Assembly: GCA_963849325.1 (NCBI GenBank)
Contig: CAWKHF010000002.1
Coordinates: forward strand, 864,001-928,000
Source: an uncultured Planctomycetota bacterium
Lineage (GTDB): Bacteria > Planctomycetota > Planctomycetia > Gemmatales > Gemmataceae
Length of the DNA: 64,000 nucleotides
Reading direction: 5' to 3'
The notes beneath the pieces were generated by a model, which saw only the letters and a program-made list of their open reading frames with translations, was not told the DNA's origin and did no database searches. The stretch's first letter is position 1, and the number at the start of each line of letters is the position of its first letter. A program made the translations under genes and the position numbers. Shown here piece after piece: positions 61,740-64,000 of the stretch.

Positions 61740-62453
61740 ATGCGGCGCTGTCCGCCGATTGCTCGGATCGCACTGCGCGCGGGAGGTTGGCTCGGTCTGC
61801 TGATGGCGGCGGGATGCATGCCCCTCGGCTATGCCTATCCCACGGTCTCCTACGTCGCGCCCTTCCGTGTCCAGGCGCCGCGCGACGAGGTCCACGCCTT
61901 CCGCGTGGACGTGGTAGACGACGACAACAGCACCGAGACCCACGAGAGGGACCGTTACGTCTTGCAGCCGTTGCCGCTGCACCGCGACGGCAGCTGCGAT
62001 CCGCAGATGAAAGTCGCCGTCGATTACGGCTGGATCTTGAATTCGTTCGCCCTCTACTACGAGGGACGGACGCACCACACCATGCTGGTGCGCCTGTACC
62101 GGCCGGGCTACCAGACCATCGAGATCGAATCGTGGCAGAAGGACATGAAGGTGAAATGGGTCGAGGCGTCCGCACTCGACGAGCGCGAGCAAGCGATCGA
62201 CGACCTGATTTCGACGTGGAACACGACGCCGGCGCGAATTCAGAATCGGGTCGCTCGCACCGGCTTCGTGCCGCCGCGCGACCCGCTGGTGTTTCACTAC
62301 CTCGCCGGCGGCTCGGCCTCGGACGAGCACAGGCGGACCCTGCAATTCGCCGCCAAGGAGTACGAGCGCTTGCTGAACGAGACGCACGACGACGACATGC
62401 ACGCACGGCTGGAAACGAAGGTAAAAGCCCTGCGTCAGCTGGCGGCGAAATAG
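61740..62453 (+). CDS. Hypothetical lipoprotein
   Basis: GGAGG RBS; lipobox AAGC; VRLYRPGYQTIEI; good coding composition. Confidence 0.7.
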   Translation: MRRCPPIARIALRAGGWLGLLMAAGCMPLGYAYPTVSYVAPFRVQAPRDEVHAFRVDVVDDDNSTETHERDRYVLQPLPLHRDGSCDPQMKVAVDYGWILNSFALYYEGRTHHTMLVRLYRPGYQTIEIESWQKDMKVKWVEASALDEREQAIDDLISTWNTTPARIQNRVARTGFVPPRDPLVFHYLAGGSASDEHRRTLQFAAKEYERLLNETHDDDMHARLETKVKALRQLAAK

Positions 62454-62469
62454 CCGGCACGGAGGACGG

Positions 62470-63132
62470 TCACAACGGCTTGACGAGGAGGTTGCGGAAC
62501 TCGACGCGGCCGTCGTGGCTCTGCACGCCCAGATGGCCCTTCGGCCGCTGCAAACCGGGGTGCTGTTCGAAGTGTGCCTTGTAGTCGTCGAGGTTGGCGT
62601 CCGTGACGATCTCGCCGTTGAGTTCGATCGTGAGGCGGCGGCCGCGAGCGAGGATGCGCATCTTGTTCCACTCGCCGGGCCCCTTGCCGGGTAGCTTCGA
62701 GGGAGGAACGACACCGTAGATGGAACCCGTGTGCTGCGTCGGCTTCAGCTTGTACCTGTGGACCTTCTCGTAGTTGGCGTCGTCGATGAGCTGAATCTCG
62801 ATGCCCTTGCTGGACACGGCGCCGGTCAGCGGAGCGCGCACGGCCACGCCACTGTTGCCGCCGTCCTTGTCCCAGCGGTACTCCAACCGCAGCTCGAAGT
62901 CGCCGTACTCCTTCTCCGTCAGCAGCCAGCCGCCGCCGCTGCCGGTGGTACACAGCAAGCCCTTGTCCGCGCCCCACACCTCCATCTTGCCGCCGTAAGC
63001 CTTCCAGCCGTTCAAGTCCTTGCCATTGAATAACGCCTCAAAACCCTCGGGTATGTCTTTTTCAGCGGACCCGGCGAAAGAAAGCAGACCGAGCAAGGCG
63101 CCCAGGGTCAACGGAACGATGGCGCGGCGCAT
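62470..63132 (-). CDS. DUF1080 (3-keto-disaccharide hydrolase-like) secreted protein
   Basis: GFEALFNGKDLNGW, YGDFELRLEY, NSGV, EIQLIDD, GEWN, GHLGVQSH..VEFRNL. Confidence 0.92.
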   Translation of the reverse strand: MRRAIVPLTLGALLGLLSFAGSAEKDIPEGFEALFNGKDLNGWKAYGGKMEVWGADKGLLCTTGSGGGWLLTEKEYGDFELRLEYRWDKDGGNSGVAVRAPLTGAVSSKGIEIQLIDDANYEKVHRYKLKPTQHTGSIYGVVPPSKLPGKGPGEWNKMRILARGRRLTIELNGEIVTDANLDDYKAHFEQHPGLQRPKGHLGVQSHDGRVEFRNLLVKPL

Positions 63133-63275
63133 GAGGGTATCTCCGAAGACGGATAGGGCGAGGCTGGAACGCTCCAGCGGCTGGACTGCGATTATGGGGC
63201 GGCCAACGCGGCAACGCAAGGGGCCGGCGAAAAAGGTGGACGATGGGCGGGCCGGGGTGTAAGGTTATCTCCTGT

Positions 63276-63492
63276 CTCGACAGGTTCTCCCTGTCCCCGA
63301 GTGGGAGGGGAGACAATAGGGAAAACGGTGCGAATCCGTTGCGGGGCCGCCGCTGTGATCGGCCAGGTCTCCGAACATTCTCAGACCACTGCGAATCGGC
63401 GTTGACGCCGGACGCGGGAAGGTCGTTCGGGACCGCGAAGCAGATTGCCCATCTGCTCCAGGAGCCGTAAGCCAGAAGACCTGCCTGCCGAG
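63276..63492 (+). ncRNA. Cobalamin riboswitch
   Basis: CAGGTT..AATAGGGAAAACGGTGCGAATCCGTTGCGG..CCGCTGTGA, CCACTG..GGGAAGG, B12 box AAGCCAGAAGACCTGCCTG. Confidence 0.92.
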
Positions 63493-63577
63493 GGTTGTGT
63501 TCCGATGCTTCGGCCTCAAGCATCCGGGCAGGCCCTTTCGCCATCGCGACGAATCCTGGCCCCCTTGCCAAGCCGAA

Positions 63578-63613
63578 GCAGTCTCCTTTGCCCGTGCCGG
63601 CAGAAAGGACTGT
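63578..63613 (+). promoter_or_regulatory. Putative SD-sequestering hairpin (riboswitch expression platform)
   Basis: GCAGTCTCCTTTGCC can pair with GGCAGAAAGGACTGT, which contains the AAAGGA SD of the next gene. Confidence 0.55.
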
Positions 63614-63617
63614 TTCC

Positions 63618-64000
63618 ATGCTGCGCTCCCCGTCCCGTCGTCGTCCGTCCGCTTTCACCCTGATCGAGCTGCTCGTCGTCATCGCCATCATCGCCATCCT
63701 GATCGGCCTGCTGCTGCCGGCCGTGCAGAAGGTGCGCGAGGCCGCCGCGCGAACGCAGTGCGCCAACAACCTCAAACAGCTGACCCTGGCGGTCCATAAT
63801 TATGAGTCCGCCAACCAGATCATTCCTCCCGAGAACGGTCCGTATGGCGGTCCCCCCGGTTATACAACGCAATGGTGGTTCGCCCAAACGAGCTACGATG
63901 CCAACTTCAACCTGATCTACGACCCGACGCAAGGGATTCTCACTCCCTACTACGAGAACAACGCCAAGGTGACCATGTGTCCGAGCCTCAACGCCCCGCC
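63618..64000 (+). CDS. DUF1559 prepilin-type N-terminal cleavage/methylation protein, partial
   Basis: [52 protein letters not shown]; runs off the window. Confidence 0.95.
   Translation, partial: MLRSPSRRRPSAFTLIELLVVIAIIAILIGLLLPAVQKVREAAARTQCANNLKQLTLAVHNYESANQIIPPENGPYGGPPGYTTQWWFAQTSYDANFNLIYDPTQGILTPYYENNAKVTMCPSLNAP

Noticed and set aside
61554-62714. 387-aa N-terminal extension of the GG-ending protein
   Set aside because: It is antisense to the 61740-62453 lipoprotein and out of frame over DUF1080; the RBS-supported ATG is 61553
1-64000. tRNA, rRNA, integrase, transposase or prophage genes
   Set aside because: None recognised by eye; a covariance or profile search was not possible

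Overview
GC-rich bacterial chromosome segment, almost certainly Planctomycetota and probably Gemmataceae-like. The basis is family content: DUF1559 pilin-like, DUF1501, PSD1/DUF1549-DUF1553, DUF4058, DUF1080 and PQQ-propeller genes. In order it holds: a partial WcaJ-type sugar transferase, ubiX, a secreted-protein trio, a stand-alone rsmH, an MFS transporter, a complete nuoA-N complex I operon (two paralogous lipoprotein genes inserted between nuoF and nuoG, large insertions in NuoH/J/M), an APH-type kinase, an anti-sigma-like TPR/HEAT protein, a MoxR-DUF58-BatA-vWA cluster, a MetOD1 + hybrid histidine kinase pair, LCCL and MtfA-TPR proteins, an aldehyde:ferredoxin oxidoreductase, a DUF1553/DUF1501 pair, a SABATH-type methyltransferase, a truncated kinase remnant, an FAD oxidoreductase, DUF2442, pyrC, a ubiquitin-like (C-terminal GG) + DUF4132 pair, a lipoprotein, DUF1080, and a cobalamin riboswitch leading a DUF1559 gene. 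About 18 single-base frameshifts, some in nuoJ/K/M and pyrC, look like long-read consensus errors. The most notable observations are: (1) five intergenic hairpins whose arms are tandem 7-10 bp microrepeats, sitting at gene junctions and often supplying the stop codon; (2) the Ubl-GG/DUF4132 pair with no E1; (3) the lipoprotein-decorated complex I operon; (4) a B12 riboswitch over a pilin-like gene. All family assignments come from motif recognition by eye; no searches were run.
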